Source of the DNA: Tubiluchus corallicola
Taxonomy: Eukaryota > Animalia > Priapulida
Direction: 5' to 3'
NCBI GenBank assembly: GCA_030141605.1
Contig: JAQGDQ010000006.1
Coordinates: 1,364,001 to 1,428,000, forward strand
Length of the DNA stretch: 64,000 nucleotides
The notes under the pieces are model-generated. The model saw nothing but the letters and a program-made list of their open reading frames with translations, ran no database searches and was not told the origin of the DNA. Both the position numbers and the translations under genes were made by a program. Positions 50,672-64,000 of the stretch are shown piece by piece (position 1 is the stretch's first letter; each line of letters starts with the position of its first letter).

Positions 50672-52093
50672 GTATTGACTTATACACGATGTATTGGTTT
50701 ATACATGATAAAATAAATCAAATTAAACAATCATACTATTGCAGTTTTGCTTAAATACGGGTTTTATTGAATAGTCTGAAAATAGTCTGAATAGCTTTTG
50801 AAAGAATAAGGCTGCTTTTAAAATACTTAACACTTTACTACATAACATTAATCATTAAACACGAACACAGATTTACTAATCAGAACAATTTTTATACAGC
50901 ACCAATTATCGCTAACTGAAAACGACATAACATTACAGAGTTTATAATTCTTTTCAACTAGAATTCCAAGAAAATTCGGTTCGGTTTCTTTCTGTTATTT
51001 TATTCAGAATTCGATTTGGCAGCACAATCGATCATTCTGTTAAGCTTTGGTTTATTTGCAGTAAGAATAAAAAAATCTGTTTCGGTTCAGTTGATTAAAA
51101 TGTGCCTTTTGTTGCACCGCTAGTCGCACTCAGCAGTACAATATGGGATACCTCTAAGTGGTGCACCTGCAGCTTTGCCTTGTGACGGAAATTGCATTTT
51201 TTATTGTTATAGTTCATTGCACATGTCCATGGCAATTTTTCTCAGAGAGAAATTGCGCGACAAGTTGTGAGAGAAGTCTCTACGTCTGAACCACATAACA
51301 CATAAGTGGCTGGCTGGCCTAAGAACGATTCAATCTTTGATTCTTGGTGAAGTCACTGATGAATCATTTGCGTGTTGTTAGAAATTATTAAGCAGCACTA
51401 AATTGTTAATTTTGCCGTATATTGAGTTCTGCATTGGGATTTCAAAAGGCAAATCAACTCTTTGTGCCACTATCGAAAGACTGAACAACGGCTTTTTTGC
51501 TTCAAATGACAAAACTAAAAAAGAACCAAAAATTTGGTAATTGACTAAATTGTTTTTCACTTCATCGCACAACCTACCGGCTTATTTTATCGAAATTTTA
51601 TTCTTGGTATAATAATGTTAATAATAATTACTCCATTGTGATGTATTCTGTTTGCTGTATGGTTGGTGTCATAATAAACGTTCCAAACATTTAAAAAAAA
51701 TTATAGAGGTTCTCAAAACAGTTTTTCTTGTGTCTTGTACAAGGTGGTCTGGAGTTATCTAGAGTTTTTTCTTGATGTGTATGAGTTATGATAATTGTAA
51801 TTACAACAAGTTTTTTATTTATTATTAATTAGAAATGGCTCCAGCTTTGTGCTTATAGATGACCCTTGTAGTCAGAGACTCTGAGCTTGCCTCAAATGAC
51901 TTTTACGTTCGTAAATAATGTGCTATTGTACTTCTTGCTATAGTGTTACCGTTTTTAAAATTAAAATAAATTCTACATTTTGAAATTTGTAAAAAAGTTT
52001 CCAAAGCTTTATCACATTTTCATTAATTTTTATTTGCACAGGAATTTGAGCAATCTTTGCATTATTTAGTTGGCATAAGGCCCATTGGCAAGC

Positions 52094-55000
52094 ATGTCTG
52101 ATGATGATTGGGGATCTCCTACTGCTGCAGGCAGCAGCTTCAAAATGTCAGGTAAAAACTGAATGTTAAAAGAGAAATATAACGAAAATCAAGTTGAGCT
52201 TGTTTTGCAACTGACTTACTCGGTCGTAATTTGGCTGTGTTGTCTAATTAATGTGTAATTAAGTTATTTGTATCTCACGGGAAAAGCTGTGGAGTGCTCT
52301 TTACGCTCAACACAGTTAAATCTGCGAACCAACAGAGCTTTTACTAGATGACCAGGGTCACATTCATTGTTGTGGTGTTTGCGACATATACATTATCGGG
52401 TACTCATTATGATGTTTACAATATTTATAGTTCAGTTACTGTACCTGATTGAAAACTTCGTCTAAAAACCATTGGTCGCAAGTCACAAGACCCGCTGTAA
52501 AATTACTGGCCCGCAGTTGTTGTTGCAGAAACAAACTCGACAAAAAGTCGCAAGTCAGTTGATCAGTCAATGAATAACCTTTGAATTATTATCACACAGT
52601 GCCTCTAAAAAGTGAAAAAAGCCACTATTATGAAGAAATGTGTTGCATTCACTAATGTTTATTAAACTTCAGCTGATTCTCAGTTGTCACAATGGCTGTG
52701 GTTGGTTAAACTTGTGAACGCCTACTTGCGTAAAGCTTGAGATCAAGATTAAGTCATAGCGGTCGACCTGTGACTTTGCCTGGGTTGCATGTATGCACAC
52801 CCAAAGATTACTGTGTGAATTACACTTAGGCCTTACAACTAGGTTTGTCGTACGCTTCGTACCTGAATCTAGTGCCAGATATATAAATGCTTAGTAACAT
52901 TTGTGTTTTTTACAACAAGCAAATTCAATACTCTAATTTTCTTTGTCTGCTGTAGGTCATAGCTCAGCATGTTGTTAAGCACTTACTCATGGTTACATGC
53001 ACTACTTACTCATGGTCACAGCGCTATGTAGAGCTATCTATAATTGTGGGCTACAAGCTCACATTCACTGTGAAAAAATGTTGCAGAACAACTGTTTTAT
53101 ATCTATAATTGAACTCTGAAACGTGTTATTAGGAGATGCTGCATGTTGACGTATTTACTGAATTTATTTTATTACTTTTGTCTTGTTTCACAAGTTGATG
53201 ACCCTGCCACTTGATCTGTAAAGGCACAATATAAATATAATTTCATTGCTGTTCTTGACCAATAGATACTTTTTTAGAAACTGGGCCAGGTTTTTATTGT
53301 TTTTGTAAAATGTTAATGATCTTTCTAGCAATATTTGCAATACCCTTCTGTGGCAGGCTGCTTTATAAGCATTTTGGTCTTTGTCTATTTTACAGACATG
53401 CAAGAAATAGAGTCCTCAATAATTCTACATTTAGAAATTTACTTAAAATTCTTCTGATCAAAGAATACTGGCAGAATCTTATTTGCTGATTTAATGCAAA
53501 CTACAATTTCCAAAAGCTAAATATCGCAATCATTATAGACTCCAGATCCTGTCACTGAGAGTTCAATTCCAGGCTTCCAAGTCACAATGTGCTGAATTTG
53601 CATGAAAAATACTTTGCAAGGTACTTTAGAAACCTGCAAGTGGCGTCAGAAAATGTACTCTCTGACAACCTAAAACATGGGCCCTGACTTGTAATGTCTT
53701 CCACGTTACATTAGTAAATGACTTTTATTTTAAGTGCATTTAGTGGTTTTATTTCAAACATTATAACTAAATTATTTACTACAAGTTTTACAAAAAATTG
53801 TGTACTTTTTTTGTAGGCATTAGCAACCGATCTCCAGGAATAGGTTTCGGACGAGGATTGAGTTTTCAGAAAGTTGCTGGAGATGTCAGCACTAATGGCT
53901 GGAATAGCTCTAACACGTTTTCTCGACCAGGAGGTAATAAAAAAACGTTTAAATTTTTGAATATGCATTGCGTAATTTGTAATTTCTATGTGCTATTTAA
54001 GAAAGTAGTCTTTCGACAAACTGAGATTACTGATGATTATATTTAAAGGTATTCTAAACTGTAATAAAATACGAGCTCAGAATATTTGCTGTGTCTTGCT
54101 AAAGTGATTTCATTAATAATTTTTAAGAGATACACTTTACCAGCGCATAAAGAACAAATGTTTACATTAAAAAATTCAACCCTTCACCCTGTGATTGGCA
54201 CTTGCAAGTGTTACACCATCATTGGTACATTTCTTCCCATCATGAGTGATGTCAGCATGATATACTAAACATTCACTGTTGAAAGGAACAATGTGTAAGC
54301 CGATGACTGCTATAAATCGGTATGTGCAGTGAACAGTAGCAAAACGGAAAGAGGTAGCATAACTTTATTTGTTTAGAAGAAGTTGTAAACTCTTAAACAT
54401 TAGCGATAAAATTTTGATTGTTTTGCCAGAATTCATCTTTTGCATACTTTTCCCATTTTAGCTATTAAGATTTGGTCTCTAAGAACGTTCATACAGGCTG
54501 TTTTTGAAACAAATTGCTCTCTCTATGTCAAACTCCGCATTTTTATATTACGGGATAACCCCGCTTAAGCACTAGTGCGTTCCAGCAAAATGTGACATTA
54601 AGTGAAACGTCGTCAGATGAAGTCAAGACTTCCACAGAAAGGAATGTAAAAGAATTGAGATACGTTTCAGAGGCAAAAATTAGTGCTGCCTAATTCACAT
54701 AAATTAAACTTTTCATGAGTTTTATTCATATTTCTATTGTTTAATTTGTTTTTGCTTGTGTGAAACCACACGTCGTTCGTATATACCTAGGAAGCGATTT
54801 TCTCTTTCATTAACGTTGAAGCCTTACGGAGTTAGTATTTGAACAGTGCATAGTAAAAGTCAAGCCCTGTGGTGGCCTTGAGACAATTTCATCTAGCTAT
54901 CACTTGCTATAGCAACAGGTTTCAGGCAAAATTCCTTGCACAAAGTTTGCACTTAAGTGCCTGCAGGCATATAAATCGTAAATAAATTTGCTTGATACAT

Positions 55001-58000
55001 TTATACATTGATAACAATTGTACTGGTTTACATTACTAGCACTTTTTTACAAAGAATAAGGCAGTAGGCACTGTTTTAATGTTTCAAATGAGGTAAAAGT
55101 GTTGACGACAAAAAAATTGATTTGAGCAAAGTATAAAAAAATCCTCATCAAAATAAAACGTGTCGTTAATTGAAAAAAGGTGTCAAATGTTTAGCATTGT
55201 TAAAGTTAAATCTATTAATTCTGTGACATTTTGATAAAGTGTAGTTATTAAAAAATTCAAAAGATCTTGAACTATTATGAGACAGATCTATTAATTAGTA
55301 ATGTTGCTGAAGTTCCTCATTCTGTGATGAAAGTGTTCATTCTTCCCGTCTCAAACTGCTCAAGCAGTACATTTGGAGTCAGTACAAGTTAATTTAGATT
55401 AATCTAGAATCTGAATAGAGAAGACCATGTCTTGACACATGAAGTTTTAGCCATGTGCAAAAATTTATTTTGACATTTTGGAGCCAGGGCTGGCTCTGCC
55501 ACTAAGCAAACTGGGTAGTTGCCTAAGGTGCCAAATTCTGGCAATAACTTTAAATCTAGTGTAAGTAAAAGCATAGTATATGTGTAATTCCTTAATGCAC
55601 CATACTAATTAAATGAAAGGAATAAGTTGCATTACTTTCCTGTCGAAATGTATGATTCATTGATGCTTGCATGTTCCCTTGGCAAAACACTTATAATTTT
55701 TGCTTTATCTGGTTTCCTGAGGTTACATGATTTCTGACATTACGTTGCGCAGACATTACTGATGCGTTACCCTGCTTTTGCTCTCAGTTTCTGTATATAT
55801 ATACGACGTGCTTATAGAATGACCCTTCGATTAATATAAAATTCTTATTCTCTATTACACTAGCATTTATTTAACCGTGGCAGATAAACCTATAAGAATA
55901 GAATTCTGCAAGACGGAATACAAGGAATGAAAGGTAAATAAGCTGGTGAGTCAAATACAATACAATGGGGTCATAAATCCAATTTCTTAATTCTAGCAAT
56001 CATAAATTCAATTTCAAATTCAGTCAGCACAAGCTTGATTGGGGGTGTGCGGGGGACTGTGCGAATGAGTTGATCATTGACGACGGGAGCTAAAAAACTT
56101 TTGCCTAGGGCAAGAAACTGTCTAGGGCTGGTCCTGTGCAGTTGTATTACAGTTTAAAATTCCTTTAACCTATTATGTGTGCAAGAAGTATTTCTATGCC
56201 TGTGAGGCCAACTCCTATAACTGTATCCTTAATTTGTTTATTTTAAAACTGAGAAAATAGAAATAGGTTCACACTCGTTTCTGCACAATTATCTGAGATA
56301 CTATTGTGTTTTATTAAGCAAAGAAATTTATATTTAATTATTCATTTTTCAATTTAAATTACCAATCAAGTCCCAAGTCATTTATTATGAGTCCGAGTAA
56401 AGTCTAAAGTCACCGACACTCCAATGTCAGAGTCAAAAGCAAATTATGAGTCTGTGACTTGAGTGTTACAACGTTGAAATTAGTAACTAAAGAAAGACAC
56501 CGTCTGCGTAATTTGCTATGACATTGCCTAAATAGAGTAACTACGCTTTTAGCCTTTAGTTTATATATTTGCACCATCTGTGTAATTATAATTGATGATT
56601 ATTTAAAATAAAACATACAGGTGGCACTGGATGGAGTGGTAGTAATTCATTAGCTAGTGACTCTCCCAGTGATAGTTGGAGTGCTGGCGGAAACAGTGGA
56701 GGAAGCAGTGCAAGAGGAAAAGGTTGCTTCAACTGTGGAGAAGACGGTCAAATGTCAAAGGATTGCCCAAATCCAAGGAAGAGTGGCAGCAAAACCTGTC
56801 ACAAGTGCGGTGAAGAAGGACACTTTGCAAAGGAATGCACGTCTGGCAACCGTGGTGGCAGTGGAGACAGGGGCTGCAGGAAATGTGGCGAAGAGGGACA
56901 TTTTGCCAGAGAATGTCCAAACAACGGGAGTAGTAGGGGTGGAGGTGGGGATAGAGCATGCAGGAAGTGTGGAGAAGAAGGGCATTTTGCAAGAGAATGT
57001 CCGAATGCCGATGCCGAAAACCCAGACAGGAAGCCTCCACAAACATACGTACCTGTCGATATTGGAGATGATGATCTTTTCTCCGAGTCCGGGATTCATA
57101 CTGGCATCAACTTTAACAAATATGATGACATCCCAGTTAGTGTGACTGGCAATGACAAACCGAGGCCTATTATGCATTTTGAGGACGCTGGTCTTTTCGA
57201 TACCTTTCTTAATAATGTAAAGAGAGCTGGATATACCAAACCTACTCCAGTCCAGAAATATGCTATGCCCATTATTAAAGCGGGTCGTGATCTTATGGCA
57301 TGTGCTCAGACAGGCTCAGGCAAGACTGCTGCATTTCTTTTACCTGTTCTAACAGAAATGATTAACAAAGGGCTGCACGGCGGTAGTCTTAGTATGGTTC
57401 AAGAGCCAAATGCTGTGGTGATTGCGCCTACACGTGAACTTGCAAAACAGATTTTTCTTGAGGCTCGCAAATTTGCATTAGGCAGCATAGTTAAGCCATG
57501 TGTTGCTTATGGTGGAACTGCTGTTGCTCATCAGTTACGGCAAATAGAAAAAGGTTGTAATTTATTAGTGGCAACCCCTGGACGATTGCTGGACTACGTT
57601 TCCAAGCAGAAAATATCCTTAGCTAAATGCACTTACCTGATTTTGGATGAGGCTGACCGTATGCTAGACATGGGCTTCATTCCTGATGTACGTAGGATAG
57701 TTCAAGATTTTAATATGCCAAGAAAGCAAGAACGGCAAACCCTTCTGTTCAGTGCAACATTTCCCAGAGAAATACAAATTCTTGCAGCTGATTTTATGAA
57801 TGATTACTTGTTTGTTGCCGTAGGCGTTGTTGGTGGTGCAAATAATGATGTCAAGCAAATATTCTTTGAAGTCGCTTCTAATGAAAAACGAGATAAGCTG
57901 TGTGAGCTATTGAGCAAGACCGGGACTGACCGAACGCTTGTGTTTGTGGAACGGAAAAGAAATGCCGACTTTTTGAGCTCGTATCTGTGCCAATCTGGAT

Positions 58001-58473
58001 ATCCTTCTACTAGCATTCATGGTGATCGCGAGCAGTACCAAAGAGAGGAAGCCCTCAGTGACTTTCGTTCGAATCGTGCTCCTATTCTGCTGGCTACACA
58101 AGTAGCTGCTAGAGGCCTGGATATTCCTGATGTGAAACATGTTATCAATTATGATTTACCATCCAACATTGAAGAATACGTTCACCGCATTGGACGTACA
58201 GGACGTGTTGGCAATCTCGGCAAAGCAACAAGCTTCTACGACAGTGCTCAAGACCGTGAGTTGGCTTCGGCTTTGGTGAAGGTTTTAGGAGATGCTCAAC
58301 AAGAAGTGCCAGAATGGCTGGAAAAAGAAGCCGGTTCAGGCATGTATGGTGGTGGTGGTGGTGGTGGTCGTGGATATGGTGGACGCGACTTGCGAGGAGG
58401 TAGAAATAACTCAGATAGTAATTTTGGGTTTAATTCTACCATGGCAGCTCATGCTGAAGAAGAGGAGTGGTAG
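52094..58473 (+). CDS. vasa: Vasa / DDX4 germline DEAD-box RNA helicase, about 675 aa
   Basis: Coding exons 52094-52151 (MSDDDWG..), 53817-53933 (GFGRG) and 56621-58473, with phases 1/1 consistent. Four zinc knuckles, GINFNKYDDIPV, Q motif, AQTGSGKT, PTRELA, TPGRLLD, DEAD, SAT, ARGLD, HRIGRTGR, RGG tail and terminal EEEEW. The knuckles and acidic-Trp end distinguish Vasa from PL10/DDX3. Confidence 0.96.
55485..56136. mobile_element. Old hAT-like MITE in a vasa intron
   Basis: Ends CAGGGCTGGCTCT and AGGGCTGGTCCTG, with TTGCCTA(A/G)GG subterminal motifs at both ends. No target duplication is recoverable. Confidence 0.55.
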
Positions 58474-58543
58474 TTGTTGTAACCACCAACAGGGATCACT
58501 GTTTACTTAACTAAAGCTATTCTAATTAAAATTTCATCTTCAG

Positions 58544-58597
58544 TTATTATCCTAAATTTTTGCTTTGGCTTTATTATCCTAAATTTTTGCTTTGGCT
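58544..58597 (+). repeat. Perfect 27-bp tandem duplication in the vasa 3'UTR
   Basis: TTATTATCCTAAATTTTTGCTTTGGCT occurs twice. Confidence 0.95.
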
Positions 58598-61166
58598 ATT
58601 AGCTATGCAATTTTTGTCACTCTCACAGTTCATCTCTAAGCTCACAGACTCTCATATATTTTTATAAAGAGAAAATGATGCATTACATGATGACCTGTTA
58701 GAGATACTGTGAAAGAGAATGTTTTAGGATAGAATTATGTTAAATGATGCTTTGATGAACATCTTTTTCAGTAAGATAATATGCTAAGAGTCCAATGTTT
58801 AGTTTTGAAATTTGAGTGACATTTAGAGTGTTCTAATGAGTGCGGCCATCAATTAGCTAAAGCTATATAGTTAATTGTATTTCTGTTATTGATAATTAGT
58901 GTTAAACAAACATTTATTAGTGATACAGATACAGATCAAAATTTTTAAATTTTTTATATGTAATTGCAAAATTACACATTATTACTATAACTTCAGTAGT
59001 AACTCAACTATAGCCATTTTGTATTTTTGTGCACTGAAGTATTGCATCTATAAATCACAGAAATTATCCTTTGGTAAAGCCATGCTGATTACCATGTTTT
59101 TTTAGGTAAGGGCATTTCAGAAGCTGTTATTTGAAACTTGCAACCGCTTTAGTCATATATTGTACATTGTGTGTATGCTACATGATATTAAATGCGTGAT
59201 CATTAGTTTTTGCTTTGCTCATTGGTTTGCCATTCATTTACGTTACCTGGGTATTCATCTAGGGTTGTTATTCTTTCTAAGATAGTTTGTTTGGGCATCT
59301 TATAACTTTGGCAAGTTCTTTTAAAGTACGTTTTCGGAAGTATACAGATTATAATACGATATAGTTTTTATTTTCGATTTTCTACACTAAAGGATTTGAA
59401 GGATATATAAGATTGGAATTTCTTGGGTGGGCCAAAATCGGTGAATAGAGAGTAGTGTAAGTAGTGTATGAAAATTCAAGTTTCTAATATTCAAATTTGC
59501 TCAGAAATTCCGATGTTCATGCATTTGGGTACGTTAACTTGCAAAATCTTGTTCAGTGAGGATCCTTTCATTCAACCTCTGGCATTGTGACCATTATCAA
59601 TGCCAGTTATTCACTCTGAGTCGTTTTCTTTATCTCAGTAGTGATTATGTATGCGCCTGAGTGTTAGTAATCCTTTTAGAGGATATCTCTGTGAATAACA
59701 GCTTATTGTTGTTTTGTTGCTTGTAAATTCAGCTTCAGGAAAGCTGATCATTTATAGGGCGATTGTAAAAAAAGTAGCGAGGTTCCTTGAAAATACTGGA
59801 AAGTATGACTTATTATGTTGTTTTGTTATTGAAGTTTTGTTATGTTAGTCAAAGCAAACGCTTTTTCTCCTTTGTATTTATTTTTGTTCATGTTATGTAT
59901 AATGTTGTTTAACTGAATTGTAAACTACTGTACTACATACTTTATCTTATGCTTTATCACCTTTTGTGTTTTGTAATTCATTCGATATTGCATCCCTTAT
60001 TATAATTATAATATCAATAAATAATTGAAAACAACTTACAGTTTTCTTGTTGTTAATATGGATTATTCATCACAAAAATTAAACCTAGACAAACTTACAC
60101 TATTAAAGCATTTTCGCTTAAAAAATAATATTCACTGTACTAGAGTTTTGGACGACTGTTTAAATTGGAATGTAGCTGATTGGTACGTGTCATTGATTTC
60201 TGGTACCTTGCTAGACATACATTTTTCTTCATGTTGTCAGCAGCAGTTATACATGTGATAGGATCGAAAAACACAGTGAGATTAATTTAAAAAATGTAAA
60301 ACAGCAAAGCTCCAGGGACTGCAATTTTGCAACATTTGAGCGTTCGAAGTTGGTTTTTTTATGCACCCAAAATACTTTGACATTTTTTATTATGGATTAG
60401 CATGCTTCGATCATTGGTGTAGCATATTCTAGAAACACCACATAGGTAACAAAATGGTTACGTCAAGTTTAATGCAGTATAATTTTTTGCTTAGCCCACT
60501 TGGGTTCTCGTCTTGGGGACACAATTTGTGCTATTAATATATTACATATATATTATGTACTTTTTGAGATCAATAAGGGCCATTAATTGTGATGGGTATT
60601 ATTTGTCTGCATTATTTACGTATGATAAGCTGCCGTGCGTTTCCCGGAGCATATTTCATTTTCTTAATCAGTAAAAATTTTATTAATTGTACTTAAATTA
60701 GGAAGTTATTATAATGTAATATTTTTGAAAGTAGCGATAATAATAATTGCATAATATGACTACACTGCAAATTCAAGTGAAACCAAGCGCCGGACACTTG
60801 GGCACGAGACATTTTGGCACTAATGAAACTTTAATGGTGTTGCCTGTTTTTTATTTCTGTTCTATAAATTTTTACTAATTCACTATTTTACTACCTTTCG
60901 CAATATTTTTTAAAATCGCTTTAAGTATTATTAGTTTAGACTTTAGCGGCAGTGTTTTTACAGTTGTTTCCAGCTTTTATTACGTAATCATACTCCCCAA
61001 AATAATTACATGTATTACTTTTTTTAGATGTTATATAAAAGTTGTAGTTATGGATTCTCATAATTTTAGTGTACTATCCAGAGTGATCACGCAGTAAATT
61101 TCTCCAGGTGATGGAGTTGCATACTTGTAATACATTTCTTGGTGATCGAGTCGCATACTCGCATTA

Positions 61167-61380
61167 CTCTATAAAGTGTCGTTTACGTAGCATCCGGATT
61201 CGTAAGCGTTTTGGAGGGTGCGGAATAAATAAAATCGGCTTATATTGTTTTCAGCGCACCCGTTTATGCAGACAGCGTGTGCGTTATTCCTGTAGCTATT
61301 CATATTGATTTTTCCGCAGCTATTCCATAGGTAGAAACGTATACGCATCCGGATGCTACCTAATCGCGACTTAACAGCAC
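61167..61380. mobile_element. Small palindromic MITE-like element
   Basis: About 45-bp imperfect inverted arms with a perfect 13-bp core, GTAGCATCCGGAT (61187-61199) and ATCCGGATGCTAC (61347-61359). Confidence 0.65.
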
Positions 61381-63693
61381 AGCCGGTAGGGTCACAATGG
61401 CCTGATTATCTCTGTAAGAACCATGTTTGGAAAAAGGAAAAACAGTATGATTTTTGATAGCCTGCGGGTGGTCCTATGCCATTTTGAAGTACAGTACGGT
61501 AAAAAAGTTTATTCAGTGTGATATGCAAAACTTGACAAATTTGAAAGGAAATTAAAGCGGACTCAATCTTAAATCATAGCTGAAACAATGTACAAGAATA
61601 ACTTACGTGAAAGAATTATTACCGCAGAAATCTAACATCACCTTTGAGCGGCACTAGCGCCTTTATCTCGGAAACGCATTTCACAGAAAAAACTGACATT
61701 CTCTTTTGTATACTCTTTTGAATTATTTAAGGTTATAGGCAAAATTGGCAAATGTCAAATAGCCTTTACTCATTCAGACAAGGTCAACAAAATCTGCATC
61801 GTTATTTTGGTTCCTCCTATAGACGTTGCAAATTCCATGATACCTAGTATTGTCACTACGGAGCCTCTAAAGGCTGTAGCAGAAAACGAGATAATTGACT
61901 TTGACTCATTGATCCAATGTCACAGAATGTTCACCCTTATTTCAGCAACTAGTCCAGGTGACTGGAAAGCAACCTTTCTGATTAGCTGTTATGACCCTGT
62001 TTTAAGACTTTCATCCATGTCATGTGACTTGCCTCGCTCACTTTCTGAAAATACTTAGTGGACGTCTTCCCTTACCTAGCTATCCATACGTGCAAAAACA
62101 TAAACTTTGTATGTAATACTGTAAGAGGAGTTAAATGACAAACCCATTTGCCCTAATTTTCACTGAACGGCTCCTAGTGGTATCACTATTCATTTACATC
62201 ACTATCTGAGCATCTACCGCAGGCGGCAACCCTGCAAGTTTTATGACTCCACCTTTTACACTTATGAAATTAATAACATAATCCCGGAGTTAACACTTTC
62301 GTCCCTGTCACGTTACTTGGCAACGCCCACTTTTTGAAAATTAATTTGTGTACATCTACCCTACTCGGCTACATACGCATACAAAAATATGTACTACTGA
62401 TCCAATACTGTAAGAAGAATTGCCCTATTTTTAACATTTTGGCGCCTATCTTGGGCTGTTACGATATCTCAGCTTTGTAATCCTCAGTGCCACATCTAGC
62501 CAACAACACCTACTGTAAATACTTTTGAAAAAACAATTCAATGTAAGCCCTAGGAGGAAATGCAGTTCAATCGAAAAAATTGAGAAACTCCCGATTTTCA
62601 CATTTGGCTCCTATCTCAGGCCGTTCAAGAATCCCATTTTTTTAAACGTCAGGTGCACATCTGCTTAATAATACTTAATTTATACCTGTCGGAAAAAATT
62701 CAAAAGCCATATATACAGGAGAAGATACTGTTCAATTGAAAAATTGACTGAGATCGGATGTCAGCATCATTCCTCCATTGATAGTGAGGCTCTCAATTCT
62801 GACCCTAGACTGCACATGCAAAGAGCTATTAAGCAAAACGTTGGTAGCGAAACAAATGACAATAAACGCTATGAATTTCAAAAAGATTTTGCTGTGACGA
62901 AATCTCTTGAAGACTTTCTATGGCAAAATGTTAATGGAAATAAAAATCGGAGGTAACAAGAAGATTCTACTGCACGTTTAATCCATTAGGTCATTATTGC
63001 AGTCACTGTCATGCTTTATAAATTAATGCTATATACAAAGCTTCTTACGAATAAGCACAATTCCCAGACGGTTCATGTTAACATCATTATAGTTCTGGAA
63101 TAGTGTATGATACTAGTGTCACACAGACTCCACAAAGGAAACCATTATGTAGGCCTGATTGGAAAGTAAACATGCGCTGTCGCGAAGAAGCTCGAAACTG
63201 TCTAACGGCTGTCTTTGCTCAAGGTAGACCGGGGCTACTGCGAAGCCAGGTCGCAGAGCGCAGGCAGAGTGCAGCAAAACGAGACAATCAGGTGACAAGC
63301 AAGAAACGTGCATTAGGAGATTTATTTCGTGTGCCGAAAACAACACGTGAAACCTGAAGAAGAAACGCGAAAATTGGAAAGGTGAAGCGACTTATTATCA
63401 GAGATGAAGCGACTATAAAAGCATGTGACAGAGATTTTTGTATTCGCGTTTCTCTTAAACGGGTATTATATTTTTTGCTATTACTTTGGTCATCTAAGTA
63501 ATTGCTTAATTAGTGGTAAATATTAATTTCAGGATAAAATGTCTCCTGAATAGGAAGGAAATTATACGGTGTTCTCAGTTAATCTTGTGACTTCAGAAAC
63601 TTTGAAAACAGAAAACTGTTTAATTTTATTAATCTAGACAAATAAATTTTGGACTACGTAAAAGCATATATAGTGCGATACTGTCTGTCTTCT

Positions 63694-64000
63694 ATGGAAA
63701 GCGAGAACCGCTCAGGCTCAGGTGCTTCGGGCTCTGCCATCTCTAGTCCAAATCTGGCAAATCAACCTGAAATCCATCGAATTTTTGTGTCTTCTTCTTT
63801 TTCTCAAATAGACCTACTGAGGGAGAACAAAGAGCGTAATAGATGGATGCACGTATTGAAAACATACGTGGTACTGTTGGTTCCCATTGTAGCTGTATTG
63901 GTGTTCATTGCCGTGATGATGTACATGTCAAATCATCAGTACTATTTGGCGAAACATACTGAGCAACTGTTGAGGGATGCTACTGATCTTACAGCGTTAG
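63694..64000 (+). CDS. 5' end of a membrane protein with an N-proximal transmembrane helix (open at the window edge)
   Basis: 102 open codons from ATG to the edge: MESENRSGSGASGSAISSPNLANQPEIHRIFVSSSFSQIDLLRENKERNRWMHVLKTYVVLLVPIVAVLVFIAVMMYMSNHQYYLAKHTEQLLRDATDLTAL. Basic residues precede a hydrophobic run of about 20 aa. It is absent from the ORF track because it has no stop. Confidence 0.6.
   Translation, partial: MESENRSGSGASGSAISSPNLANQPEIHRIFVSSSFSQIDLLRENKERNRWMHVLKTYVVLLVPIVAVLVFIAVMMYMSNHQYYLAKHTEQLLRDATDLTAL

Noticed and set aside
56657-57177. Overlapping alternative-frame and antisense ORFs of 105-162 aa within vasa
   Set aside because: They are shadows of the GC-richer repetitive knuckle coding sequence and show no domain signal.
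61385-63360. Short ORFs and repeat-like sequence downstream of vasa
   Set aside because: No recognisable domains, termini or splice-consistent structure that I could support by eye.

Overview
AT-rich, intron-rich genomic DNA from an invertebrate animal, not a prokaryote. From left to right the window holds: (1) the 3' part of an SLC4 anion-exchanger (AE/band-3 type) gene on +, with 12 exons visible, 1-10188; (2) a decayed, near full-length CR1-clade LINE (PHD ORF1, APE/RT ORF2, (TAC)n tail); (3) UBE2T on +, with 6 coding exons; its intron 3 hosts an antisense 704-aa ankyrin-repeat gene with an uninterrupted CDS and a FEM1-like C-terminal VHL/SOCS box, and its intron 1 holds a fold-back repeat and an Academ-like transposon relic; (4) an 11-finger C2H2 zinc-finger gene on -, with decayed copies of one of its own exons in its last intron; (5) a transposon-rich interval with Tc1/pogo and hAT MITEs, and a Sola2-like element nested in a MITE; (6) vasa/DDX4 on +, whose zinc knuckles and whole helicase core lie in one 1.85-kb exon; (7) the start of a single-pass membrane protein ORF running off the right edge. 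Exon structures were read by eye from GT-AG sites and frame continuity. Family calls rest on recalled motifs, not database searches. I found no unambiguous new biological system. The best leads are the E3-adaptor-like gene nested in an E2 gene, the 3'-polarised intron absence in vasa, the decayed zinc-finger exon array and the unannotated edge ORF.
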